64,000 nucleotides of DNA from Okamejei kenojei (lineage: Eukaryota): assembly GCA_035221665.1 (NCBI GenBank), contig CM069138.1:73532001-73596000 (forward strand), read 5' to 3'. Made by a program: the position numbers and the translations under genes. The notes below the pieces were generated by a model that was not told where the DNA came from, ran no database searches, and saw nothing but the letters and a program-made list of their open reading frames with translations. Below are positions 24,576 through 36,894 of this stretch, piece after piece (the first letter of the stretch is position 1; every line of letters starts with the position of its first letter).

Positions 24576-25916
24576 CATTACTAAAAATGTCAATAAAACC
24601 AAATGATCAAACTCTAATTCCAGTTAAATGTCATTCTTTGAATTACTGTAATTTTCCAGGCGATCTTGTGATCTTATAAAATGTAAAAATGTAAGATTAG
24701 GCTCAAATCTAGATATATCCTGAACAAAATGTGGATGTTGGAAATCTGTAATCAAAGTTTTTAAAACAGAAAATGCTGGAAACAGCAAACCTGAGATATC
24801 TGTTGAGAGTACCACAGATGGAGGAAATGGAGATAATTATTGGCAATAACATGTAATATGCAATAAGAAGGGATGTAAATAGAACGCAAGCACAGCATAA
24901 CAGAAGAAATGAATGATTGTAAAGGTAATAAGTGAAGAAAAGGGATTAAAACAAAATCAATTGCTTCCAATCCCAACATTTATGCACCATGCCCCAAAAC
25001 ACCAAAGGTAGTTGATTCAATCTTATTTCTCATGTTTAATATATCCTTTAGTTTTTTTTCTCTCTAGCTTTTCTCATTAATGCATCGACCAGGGAGTTCT
25101 GTACGTAGCAGAATGTGTTGTCCCTTTATCAAATATGTTGTCTTTCTACCTCTTATCCTAAAAGTCCATATTCACATCAGTTGCAGCATCCCTATTTACA
25201 CTATTGGTTACAATCTCAACAAGTTTTAGCAGATTTATGTTCTTTCCCAAACCCACATTGAATCTTGCCAAACTATTTTTTTCACCAAGGCATCCTTTTT
25301 TCTAAGAACTTCTTTAAAATGAGACTCCAGCATGTACCTGGCTAACATCAGACTAATTGGTCTGTTGTTCCTCGTTTCTCACTCCTGTTGTCTTAATGTT
25401 TCATCTTCCAATCTTTGGAAACTTATGCAATTTTAAAACATGACACCTTGTTCTTCACAATTCTCCATAGCTACCTCCCAAAAAGAACCTTAAGACACAG
25501 CTCGCCATTTTAGCAGCTTTCACATTCATTAATTTCACCAATGCCCATTTTCAGGAGACCTTTATTCACCAATTCTGCAGATCTCTTTTCTGGGAGGCTT
25601 TCTGTGTCTTCTTCCACAAAGACAGACAAAATGTTCAGTTTGTTTAACAGTTAACATTTCTTCCTTCAGAGTCATCAGTATGAAGAAGTGCCCTGACCCA
25701 AAATGTAGTCTGTCCATTTCCCTTGACAAATGCTGCATGACCTGCTGAATTCCAGCAGTTTCTTTTTTTGCTCAAGATACCAGCATCTGAAGTATCATGC
25801 ACATCAAAATTGCTTTAAACCTTTACATAAAATGCTTTCATATTTGTTCTTGAATCGCCTCTTATCCACCATACTATCACCTAACCATTTCTAATTACAC
25901 AATACTAGCTCTAACC

Positions 25917-26028
25917 GTTATGAACATTTGATTTTCTCATTTCTGTTATGAACATTGAATTTTCTCAATTCTGTTATGAACATAGAATTTTCTCAATTCT
26001 GTTATGAACATTGAATTTTCTCAATTCT
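25917..26028 (+). repeat. Tandem repeat, 4 x 28 bp (gttatgaacattgaattttctcaattct)
   Basis: Units start at 25917, 25945, 25973 and 26001. Confidence 0.92.
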
Positions 26029-26350
26029 GTTAACCTTGCTGTCTCCTCCCCTTCCCACCTCTCCCTCAGCCCTCGGGCCCTGGCATTCCCTCTCTCCCCC
26101 CCACCCTAGTCGCACTAGCTTCTCATTTTCACACTACAAACAGCTTCAATGGCTTGTTCCCTTTATCATCGATACTTTTTTGCATATCTTTCATTCATTG
26201 TTCTTTATCTCTCCACATCACCGTCTATATCTCTCGTTTCCCTGATCCCCGACCAGTCTGAAGAAGGGTCTCGACCCGAAAAGTCGCCCATCTCCTTCGC
26301 TCCTTAGATGCTGCTGCACCCGCTGAGTTTCTCCAGCCTTTTGTGTACCC
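26029..26350 (+). mobile_element. Penelope-like terminal repeat with hammerhead-like core
   Basis: Homologous to 6580-6830. CTGAAGA-A-GGGTCTCGACCC-GAAAAGTC lies at 26258-26285. Confidence 0.75.
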
Positions 26351-27543
26351 TAGCTCCAACCCTTCCTGGTTCCACAACATATTGATCTACAATACCATCC
26401 CTTACACATAAACACATTCGTCCTCGACAGTATTTGAACTATTCATTTTATACTTAGATTAAAATCTCCTCGATCATTCTGTTGCACATAGCTCTAAATT
26501 CCTGATTTATCCTACACCCTACATTTCCCAATTTATACACAGGCCGTCATTTATATTTTTTGAATCATTTTTCTCTGCCTTGCCTTTGATTAGAAGTATT
26601 GTTCTCTGCTGCTTCCTAATATAGTCAGCTATTTTGCCATCCTACAAAATATTTTCCTTTCCGAATTTCCAAGCACCCCCTCACCTGAAGCCACCCCCAC
26701 TCGTTATTCTAATCACACACTGTTCATGGTCCAATCCAAGCAAAGCCTATTATCACCAAAATGCAAATCATCTAATCTACAACCCTTCCTCACTTCCTTC
26801 TCATTCCTTGCCCATAATACTGAGCAACACACCAGACTTCAGCCATGAATGCAGCATTTCCCCATGATCACCAACAAGATGGTCTTGCAGTGGTCCTTAG
26901 ACTATTACATTGCATCTTGCACTATAGAGAACCAAGAGATAAGCAATGAACCGGAATTCTTCATATCAGTACAGACCACAGATAGAAATGCGTTTTTAGA
27001 TATTTTCCCAAGCGCAATAAACTGAAAGAATAAATTTAAATTTATTCATGGGCGAAAGGTTGGTGAGTAAATGTTGGGCGGAGAGACAGCAAGAGACAGT
27101 GAGAAAAACACGTGAAAAATGTATTGAATGCAGGAATGAGATCGAAATGGTACAATTTCCAGACTGGTAAGGTTGGCTGCTATTGGTATCATAATATGTT
27201 ATGAAAAGAGGCATACAATTTCTATAGCAACCAGATTATAGCTGCAAACCTGAATAATGATACTCCTTATTCATTCGTACTTGGAACTCAAAGTGTGATT
27301 ACTTTCTTAAAATTACCAAAATATCTGGAATGCTGCAGAAAAAAAAGACAGTACAGCTGATTTGTTTCAGAGTTCCATCAGGTACAGTGGCTAACATTTT
27401 AGCAGCATCTGAGGGAACTGAGATTTTTTTTTTGATTTGTATACATGTCTCTATTCATATCGTTATTTGAAATTGTGTTATTCACTATTAAGATGTATAC
27501 TATAATCTTTTTTTAATATATATATAATACTTAGTTTTAATGG

Positions 27544-27546
<3 letters not shown>

Positions 27547-27603
<57 letters not shown>
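27547..27603. repeat. (AT)n microsatellite
   Basis: Perfect dinucleotide run. Confidence 0.95.
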
Positions 27604-27604
<1 letters not shown>

Positions 27605-29192
27605 CACATTTTTTTCTCTTTCTTTTCCCTTTCTCTCTCTATATATTCAAAATTATTATTTAATCACTGATTAAAATCTATTCTTTTCTTTTTTCTAAAA
27701 AATAGAAGGTTATAAGAATTATTCGTAATATCCGTATACTTATTGAAATAAGTTGGCTGTGTATTTGAAAAGTTGTAATGCCGTTGTTATGATGGATTAC
27801 TTCTCTAATAAAAATATTATTTAAAAAATATATTTAGTTTTGCCTGAGAGGTTTTTGTTCATCACAATTTTACATTTGTGTTCTGCACTTAAAGGATTTT
27901 GATTAATGAACAACTTGTTACCAATCATTAGAGCATTTTACAACCTGCAGACCATGAACTATAGCTTGACACTTTGAATATCTTCAGCTAACAATCAAAA
28001 ACATCTACATTTGCACAAGCACCAAATGCAGTACATGATAATATACAGGTACTAGAAATTGATTATGTTTAATGATACAATTAGATTCTTAGCTCATTGA
28101 TCTGACAGGCTAGCTCCATGTCTTTCTCCACAGTTGCTGCCTGATGCCAAGTACTTCCCAACTTTCCTGATTTTATTTCATGGAAATGTGCAACACTGTT
28201 ACAAATCATATTCCCAGCTGTAAATCATCAGTTTAAATACAGAAATAAAAATCTTGGTCAAAAGAAATTGCAACATTTTAAAAATTTGGCCGCTCATGTG
28301 CACTGCCAACTCTGATAGATAATTTAGAATTTTAAACACGATAGTTTCTCGTTTGCCTATCATTTGCTGATCCATTGTTCTTTTGTTGATACGTATGAAT
28401 AACGTATTCCTAACAAATACATAGTCGAATGTGATTACGTAACAATAACGAATACGAATGTTGATTCGTGATAAGTATGAACTTTCAGAAAGTTAGCTGC
28501 AAATCTGTATAGATAAAATTGTGATATCTCCCATGTAACACCAAGTCTCAATTAAAGAATGAAAACTAGCTTAGGGTATGAATTTAATTTATTACAGACT
28601 CTTCAATGAGGTTCATTTAACATCATTTTTCTATTCTGCCAGACTGAAGGCAAATGAAATTCCAAGAGGCTTCTTCTGGGCAATTTATGGGCAAAGTTCA
28701 TTAATTAATTACCTTATTTGAATTTAGCCAAGGCTAGAAAGCAAAAACTGTATATTTCAGGTCAGCGAGAGCATTGCATAGGCGGAGTTAAAAACAAATT
28801 GAGAAGTGACAGCTTAACATGTGCTTGGAACAGTGGTTTTGTGCATCTTATCAGGAGTATATTCAAATAATGGTGCTGCATTCAGAAGAACAAAAAATGC
28901 AAACAAGTTAGCACAATATCATGTTTTGTAGAACAGAGTTGCCTAGCTTCCATTTAACGCAAACATTGAACTCGCTTCCTCGCTGTATCTCAAAACCAAA
29001 ACGAAACTGAATTAAATACACAGGGCGCATAATATTGCCATTTCTCATTAAAGTCTAATTGTGAGTCTGGACTTTACAGTGGAAGACAATGATTGTCTAC
29101 TTGTCAATTTACCGGGTCATTCATTATTTTGCAGGGAATCACACAAGGTCTCAGGCCAAACTTCCTGTAAAGCAGACCTGTATAATATTCAT

Positions 29193-29278
29193 GGGTACAC
29201 AAAAAGCTGGAGAAACTCAGCGGATACAGCAGCATCTAAGGAGCGAAGGAGATAGGCGACGTTTCGGGTCGAGACCCT
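29193..29278 (-). mobile_element. 86-bp Penelope-derived insert with a 12-bp target-site duplication
   Basis: Minus strand agggtctcgacccgaaacgtcgcctatctcc...ctccagctttttgtgtaccc, flanked by tataatattcat at 29181-29192 and 29279-29290. Confidence 0.85.
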
Positions 29279-30309
29279 TATAATATTCATAATCATTTAT
29301 TGAAAGGAGCAAATCCATTTTTTTTCTAAAATACCTTCCCTTCCCTGTCCTGCCTCATTTAAATCTTGTGGATGACAAAACTTGAGGATTAAATTGTCCA
29401 TTGAGGTTGACGCTAAAGAGTTCAAAAATGGCACGCAATAGCAAATCATGGATTAATTCACAGATGTAACCATACTTCTACCTCTTGTTCGCATTAACCT
29501 ACGCTGACCTGCCTCAAGATTCCTGCTCATTTATGCTCCAATTTGCCTATTGTTTTAAAGCCAATATAACACAAGACATTTCTACAGCGAGGCTCATGTG
29601 ATGAATGAATAGAATTTTCATAATATTGGGCACTACATTTGAATAAAAATACCTATGCCCTCAATATTCAAAATATTGCAGCAAAGTGAAACAATGTGTG
29701 TTACTGACATTAAGTTCATAGCCTCTAAAAAGAGAAGAGCATCTATTTAAAGACAGCTGCACATATTGTTTATGTGTTTCAAGGCAGTAATCATGTACTT
29801 GTTGTTTCTTTATATAGTTCTACAGCAACAAAAAAAAATTCACGCAGAAGAATATTGAGGATCGGTTTTACTTTCTTTTACTCTATCTCTTTTGGTAACT
29901 AATTCTTAAAAAGCACTAAATAAATGTAGTTTAAAAAAAACTTTCAATTACTGCAATGCTTTTCTGACATTAGCTCCAAAAGAAATGTACAAGTTGAAGG
30001 CTGAGTATTTCTGGTTTGGTTCAGATGCAAAGTAGGTTCATCTAGCTGGGTACTTCCAGTCTAAAGCAGTCAGAGTGACTCCAGAACAAAAGGATGCACC
30101 CACCTGATTATAATTTACCATCTTCCTTGAGCTGTTGAATTATACTCCTCCACCCTGGATAGTACTGCAGGACTGCTGCATTATAAGGGACAAATTAACA
30201 GTTTACAGGAAGATTCCCATCATTTTCAGCCAGCGGCATTGAATGGATAATCTATTTAGTCTTATTTCCACACAAAGTCCCCACCACAGAAGAGGTCAGT
30301 TTCTAAATA

Positions 30310-30500
30310 AAGGTGCTGTAGTAATTCAGCAGGGCAGGCAGCATGGCTGAAGAAGAGAACATGGAGAGGCAATGTTTTGGGTCAAGAAAAATCACAAAAT
30401 AAATGTAGTTTAATAGAAAAATTGTCCCAAAACATTGCCTATCCATGTCAGTCTGAAGAAGGGTCTTGACTCGAAACAATACTTATCCATGTTCTCCATC
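30310..30500. mobile_element. Penelope-like terminal-repeat fragments in opposite orientations
   Basis: Minus-strand tail at about 30310-30385 and plus-strand gtcagtctgaagaagggtcttgactcgaaac at about 30447-30477. Confidence 0.6.
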
Positions 30501-31074
30501 TATACTCCCTTTTTCCATGTTCTCCATCAATACTCCCTTTTTCCTTCAGTTTCCAACCAATTTGAATAAATTCACATGATATTGAAAATCACTGAGAGCA
30601 ATGGGTACAACCAAATACTTTTGGTATAGAACGACATGCAGATGGAAAAGATGTGCTCCAGAAGTAGCCACAACTTTAATTAAACTGTTTCATCCTGTTG
30701 GTTGCAAGATGTTAATAAACATGGCAATATGGAAACGTCCAGATTTATCCTATCATCAAAACAACACAGACAAATTCAATCCAATCCAGTTTCTACCTAG
30801 CTAGTATTCTCTCATTTGCCAGAAAGTAATGGAAGGTAGTGTTCGTAGTACTATAAGCTGCATTTCCTCACCAATAACATGCTCACTAACATTCATTTTA
30901 GGTTTTGTCAGGGCTTGCCGACTCCAGACCACATCACAATCATGGCCCAAGAATGAAACAAACAGTAGAATTAACAAGGCACGGTGAGAGTGCTCATGAC
31001 ATCGAGGTCACTTTTATCCGAGTGTAACGTTACAACTCCACAATGAAAAAAAGTCAATGAATATCAATATCAAT

Positions 31075-31430
31075 TCATGAGGATGTTGCCTGGAATGGAG
31101 TTCTTCAGTTCTGAAGAGAGACTGCTGAGGCTAGGCCTGTTTTCTCTGGAGCAGAGGAAGTAGTTAGGAGATTGCATTATTGAGGTATTTAAAATTATGA
31201 AGGATATTGATAGGGTAGACTGTAGAGAGGTGAACACCTGGAATACGACCTGAGAGTGGTGGAAGCAGAATTGGTGGCTTAAGAAGTGCCCTAGTGAGCA
31301 CTTGAATTCCCTAGGTCTAGAAGCCTCTGGGCCAAGTCCTAGAAAGTGGGATTAATAAGGATGGGTCCCCATTTGTCAGCATTATCAGGTGGGCCGAATG
31401 GCCAGTTTCCACGCTACATGGTTCTGTTAC
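31075..31430 (+). mobile_element. Old CR1 3' fragment
   Basis: aggatgttgcctggaatggag...tttctctggagcagaggaag...aaaattatgaaggatattgatagggtagac...gggccgaatggcc. Confidence 0.7.
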
Positions 31431-31799
31431 TATCCTAATAATTGGAATCATGCATTACACAAAGGAAAATGATCGTGGATGTTGGAAGCATAGTTATCCC
31501 ACTCGGGACATCACTGCAGGTAGTCTCATGAAATATCCTATCACCATTTTTCTTTACAGCTACATCAATGAACTTTCCATTATAAAAGGTCATATGTGGG
31601 GATGCTTGTGGTTAAAATGCAATGTCAGGTAATGCTGACCAAATAATATTAGCTACAATTGTGAGGTAAGATACCAGGTGATAAATATCTCTAAGGGTTT
31701 TAGGACAATGGTTGACCGCATAAAGGTACAGTAGTAACACATTCCCAGGAAAATAACGAAACGCATTAGAATCAGAACCATATTGCACAAACACAGGCA

Positions 31800-32005
31800 A
31801 CATTAGCCCAAATTATTCATGCCTATAGCTAGTCCCATTCGTCTGTGTTTACCCCATATCCCTCGAACCCTTTCCTATACATGTACCTGATCTAAGATCT
31901 TTTAAATGTCATAATTACACCTGCCTCTTACAGGCAGCTCTTCCCATTTTACCATCACCCACTCTGTGAAAAAGTTGCCCCTCAGATCCCTTTTAAATGT
32001 TTCCA
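31800..32005 (-). mobile_element. CR1 3' fragment
   Basis: gctagtcccatt...cccatatccctc...ttcctatacatgtacctg...gtgaaaaagttgcccctcagatccc. Confidence 0.65.
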
Positions 32006-32519
32006 TTTGTAGTAGGAATACAAGTTCAGATCACAAAACAGGAATAATAGGCAAGATTAAAGAGATGATAGGTTAAAAAAAAGTCATTTGCTTCTAAAGT
32101 ACAGAAATTTGGAGCTGCAGGGTTTTAAACAGATACAAAGATGAGATCTTTAAGCAACAGCTCAGCCTAAGAAGAAAGCAGCTCTATTACTCACAAGAGA
32201 TAAGACACACATTTCCTCTCCTGCTATGAGTATTAGTTTATTTACTGGGAAAATAGGATAAATAAATCCACCAGAATTCAACAGAGGGGAATCAACAGAG
32301 AATCTGAAGTTTAAGCAAATATAATATATGCCATTAAAATCACGTCAAGGGATTATTAAAAAAGAGCTAGTCAGAAGCATTAAGAGAGTTTATATAGAAA
32401 TTCTCAGAATATTCTGCTCACAAGAGATGTTAAGAAGTTTGACAATGTGACATGGAATGCAAAGTAAAACCAAGTATAGTGAAAATAATTCAGCTATTGT
32501 GGATTTCTAAGTTTTGTTC

Positions 32520-33600
32520 ATTTTGTAATTACTAATTAAAGACAGAAAATGGATAGTTCAAGAGAGTCCTGCACTGCTAAAAGATACATATTTCAGCCCA
32601 AGACTATTTCTACTGAACATTGGTGGACAACTCTAATTGCCAGTCTGAGTTATAAGATTCAGGGCAGTCAAGATGCAGTCACAGAAGACATACAAATATA
32701 CCACTGTCATTTGGTTAAGACTGGTCTGGTAATGCATTCATTTGGATTGTATCTGTTTTGTTTAATGTATGTTGTGTCATACAGCTGTCTTGTTATTTGA
32801 ATAAATTGGATTCTAAACTTCCTCAACAAGCAGCTTTGCACTTGGAATCACTTATATCAACCAACCTTGTTTATCCAAATTCCATCCACAGCTCCTCAGC
32901 AAATATAGTAGTCAGCATTCAAATGCAGAAGCACCTAAACAATATTCAAACTTAAGCTGATACATTCAATAGCATTATCATCCAAAATCCCCCACCATTT
33001 ATATTCTAGTCAATATTGAGGATAGGTGGTAACCCGTCTTTGCCAATGGCACCCTGACTGCATAAAAACAGAAAGTTATGGGCAAATCAGTTTATGAACG
33101 GATACTAATTTAGAGACAAAAATTGAAATGTTGCTAATCTGCCATTGGCTATGCAAAAGTACCATCTCAACCTTAGGCTCCCAAGTTCTGTAGGAACTTG
33201 CAAAACAATGCAACAAGTTAATTCTTGCATTGTACCTGCTGAGCTGCAAATGAATGATCACTGTGCAATAAATAGTGATGCTAGATATAAAAACGATTCA
33301 AAGTGCAAAGCAGCTTGATGAGGAAGTTTAGAATTAGTTTATTCAAATAACATAACAACAACATTGTACTACACACATTAAACAAAGCAGGGGCAAACAA
33401 AATAAGCACTCAGGCAGGCCAGATCTAACCAAAGAACCAGAAACAGTGTATGACTATTCTCAACATCTCTTTCTCCTAAATCGAACCTGCAATTGGACTG
33501 GTCCTCCACTCATCAGCAGCAATTGGCTTAGGCTGAAATATTTAAACATCTTAAAGTTATATTTCTGCATTATTTTCTGTCTATTAATTATTTTTATCTT
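32520..33600. repeat. Approximately 1.1-kb diverged palindrome (fold-back or MITE-like)
   Basis: 32791-32849 is close to the reverse complement of 33295-33352. Outer arms (atatttcagccc/ggctgaaatat; agacagaaaat/attttctgtct) and inner arms (gccaatggca/tgccattggc) also match. Confidence 0.75.
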
Positions 33601-33711
33601 TTACTGACATAATTACTGTCATTCAACCCTTCTAACATTGGATAATTAAATGTTACAGACAAATATTTTGTTCCTTCCTGCGTCAATTGCTTGCAGAGAT
33701 GGTAAAGAAAG

Positions 33712-34390
33712 AAGGAGACATGAGAAACTGCAGACTCTGGGATCTCGAGCACAAGGCAAGCTGCTGGAGGAAGTCAAGTGGATCCGGCAGTGTCTGAGGG
33801 GAGACTAGTCAGATGACGTTGTCGGTCGGGACCCTTCTTCAGACTGACGTAGTGGAGGGAAAAGCTGAAAAAGAGGGGTGGGGGTGTGGCAAATCTTGCC
33901 AAGTCATAGTTGAATACAAGTGAAGGAGGTGATTGGCAGATGGGTGGAGTAAGTGACCAAGGCTTGAGGTGAAAAATAGCCAAAAAGGTGTAAGGCAAGG
34001 AAAGAAGATGAGGTGTGAGATGTTAGGCAAGAGGCAGAGATGTGGGTGGAATGGGACAAGGGGGATGGAAATGTGGTGAGGGATGAAGGGAAAATATGGG
34101 ACTCGGGGATGGTAGATGTATGTACAGAGGAGTGGAAAGGAGCATGGTGACAGGGGTAGTGGGAGATGGTGGAAGAAATGTGTGTGCATATTTGGATGTG
34201 CACACATAGAATACAAAGTACTGTTCTGGATCGGTTACAACCCAAAGGTATGAACATTGAATTCCCCAATTTCAAGCAATAGCCTCCACCCCACCTCATC
34301 ACCCCCTCTCTTTCCATTGGGCCCCACCTGACTATGGTGCACATGCATTTCTCCATGACCTTCATCACCCTGCATCTTCCCCCCCATCAT
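33712..34390. mobile_element. Penelope-like remnant: minus-strand terminal repeat plus a plus-strand endonuclease end
   Basis: Minus-strand gtcagtctgaagaagggtcccgacc at about 33824-33848. Plus-strand ttacaacccaaaggtatgaacattgaattccccaatttcaag (LQPKGMNIEFPNFK) at about 34235-34276. Confidence 0.65.
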
Positions 34391-34460
34391 TTGCTTCAAA
34401 TCCCTGCAGAATCAGAATGTAATCTAGAGTTTTCCTCCTTTGGATATTAAGCTGTCAGAT

Positions 34461-34587
34461 CACTGGTCCATGATATACAAACTCGATTCCCACCCTACAA
34501 CTTGCAAAATACATGAGGTAAGTAAGATCTTTCCATTATATATTTTACAAGTTGTGGGGTGGGAATGAGAATTGTGTACCATGGATC
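34461..34587. repeat. Imperfect hairpin of about 125 bp (MITE-like)
   Basis: ggtccatgatatacaaactcgattcccaccctacaacttgcaaaata pairs with tattttacaagttgtggggtgggaatgagaattgtgtaccatggatc. Confidence 0.7.
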
Positions 34588-35559
34588 ATAGAAACATAGA
34601 AAATAGGTGCAGGAGGAGGCCATTCAGCCCTTCAAACCAGCACCACCATTCATTGTGATCATGACTGATCGTCCCCCATCAATAACCCGTGCCTGCCTTC
34701 TCCCCATATCCATTGACTCCACTAGCCCCTAAAGCTCTATCTAACTCTCTCTTAAATCCATCCAGTGATTTGGCCTCCACTGCCCTCTGTGGCAGGGAAT
34801 CCCATAAATTCACATCTCTGGGTGAAAAAGTTTTTTCTCACCTCAAGTCTTAAATGACCTCCCCTTAATTCTAAGACTGGGGCCCCTGGTTCTGGACTCG
34901 CCCAACATTGGGAACATTTTACCTGCATCTAGCTTGTCCAGTCCTTTTATAATTGTATATGTTTCTATAAGATATCCCCTCATCCTTCTAAACTCCAGTG
35001 AATACAAGCCTAGTCTTTTCAATCTTTCCTCGTATGACAGTCCCGCCATCCCAAGGATCAATCTCGTGAACCTACGCTGCACTGCCTCAATCACAAGGAT
35101 GTCCTTCCTCAAATTAGGAGACCAAAACTGTACACAATACTCCAGATGTGGTCTCACCAGAGTCCTAAACAACTGCAGAGGAACCTCTTTACTCCTATAC
35201 TGAAATCCTCTTGTTATGAAGGCCAACATTCCATTAGCTTTCTTCACTGCCTGCTGTACCTGTAAGTCAACTTTCTGTGACCGGTGTACAAGGACACCCA
35301 GGTCTCGCGGCACCTCCCCCTTACCTAACCTAACCCCATTGAGATAATAATCTGCTTCCTTGTTTTTGCCGCCAAAGTGGATAACCTCACATTTATCTAT
35401 ATTATACTGCATCTGCCACGCATCTGCCCACTCACTCAACCTGTCCAGGTCACCCTGCAACCTCCTAACATCCTCTTCACAGTTCACACTGTCACCCAGC
35501 TTTGTGTCATCTGCAAACTTGCTAGTGTTGCTCCTAATTCCCTCTTCCAAATCATTAAT
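34586..35559 (-). mobile_element. 5'-truncated young CR1 LINE (RT C-terminus, 235-aa open frame)
   Basis: ORF 34843..35550: SKFADDTKLG...LQGDLDRLSEWADAWQMQYNIDKCEVIHFG...VRPHLEYCVQFWSP...VQRRFTRLI. 3' tail ttctatgtttctatg. Confidence 0.92.
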
Positions 35560-36799
35560 ATGGACCCAGTGCTGCTATTGCTTAATGAACCAACAACATT
35601 TTATGCTATGGTGGCTTTAACAGTCACTGGTCTACGCAGCTGATTGCCTTATAGAGTCAGTAGGTGAAATGCACCTCCAGTCTGATGTTCGTAGATCATT
35701 TCCGTTTCAAATGCACCATGTACTCCTCTAAATTTCCCTTTCTGCATAACTTCTCTTTCTTCCAATTACATACTTAACTCCACTATCAGCAACCTCTCCC
35801 CCTGAGCTGCAGTTCCTTGTCTTCCCCTCCTACTTCCCTCTTGTTAAGACCAGAGACTGTGCAAGACCCGAGACTGTGCAACCACTGTTGCAGAGGACGA
35901 GTTTGATTTCTTCATGAGCCACGCAGAATTGTGCCGTTAAGGGTCGAATGCTTTCTTGGTGCGATTAAATTGGCTGCTTTAGAAAATAATGAATCCCTGA
36001 TATGCTGGATGTATTTTCCCAATAGAAGTTTCATCAATATGGTCAATCCAGACATAGACCATGGCAGTGAAAGTTCATTGTTGTGCCTCAAAACTGAATT
36101 GCATACACCATGTCAAATCCAATTTCTACGAAAAATTAAAATACATGAATGTAAATCTGTGACTTACCACCAAGATTGTAAATTCCACCATGTTCATGCT
36201 GGGGTCCTCTGTGTGGCTAACCTGGACTGCACACCAAAGACCTTTGATAGGCAATGTGATATTCCATGACGTGCAAAGTGTGTCTGTATACCATCTCTGT
36301 GATGTCTATGAGATTCAGAAGCTCCTCATACAGAAGCAGGGTATGAATGGTCAGTGACCCATGCTTTTGTGGAGGCTCACGGCAGACATTCCCAAGCATG
36401 GCCCAGGCCAGAGCAGGAACCCCAATTGCAGTAGGTCACCTTTAAATTCTTGACTTGATTTGTGACGTTCCCACATAATTCCAAAATCTAATGATTCCCA
36501 AACACTTCCCAAGCTTGTGGAACTTCAGTATTTACCAAACACTCTGCTGACTGACGATGACATAATACCAGTCTCAAACACCCCATTGATTTCAAACCTT
36601 CCCAACTTTCAAGAATACACTACAGCCCTTGCCAATAACTTCCCACTGACTATTGATTGTGCTCCCCCATCTTCAAGATTCAAAGCAGCTGACCCCTCTA
36701 ATGGCACAATTCACAACTGCCCCAATCATCCACAAAGCACACGATTGAAAAGAGGGCATTACTTAAGGCCATTGGGTCTGAGACAACTTTACCATTGTG

Positions 36800-36894
36800 G
36801 TCTGAAGAAGGGTTTCGGCCCGAAACGTTGCCTATTTCCTTTGCTCCATAGATGCTGCTGCAGCCGCTGAGTTTCTCCAGCACTGTTGTCTACC
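36800..36894 (+). mobile_element. 95-bp Penelope-derived insert with intact hammerhead-like core and an 11-bp TSD
   Basis: gtCTGAAGAaGGGTttcgGCCCGAAACGTTgcct...; ttaccattgtg at 36789-36799 and 36895-36905. Confidence 0.85.

Noticed and set aside
25917-26028. 28-bp repeats as a CRISPR-like array
   Set aside because: The units are directly adjacent with no spacers, the context is eukaryotic, and the unit derives from a Penelope ORF end.
30488-30544. Short two-copy tandem duplication (ccatgttctccatc.atactcccttttt)
   Set aside because: Real but appears to be ordinary slippage at the end of a Penelope fragment.
34843-35550. Domesticated or active reverse transcriptase gene
   Set aside because: It is 5'-truncated at the FADD motif, lacks the endonuclease and most of the RT, and is an ordinary CR1 copy.
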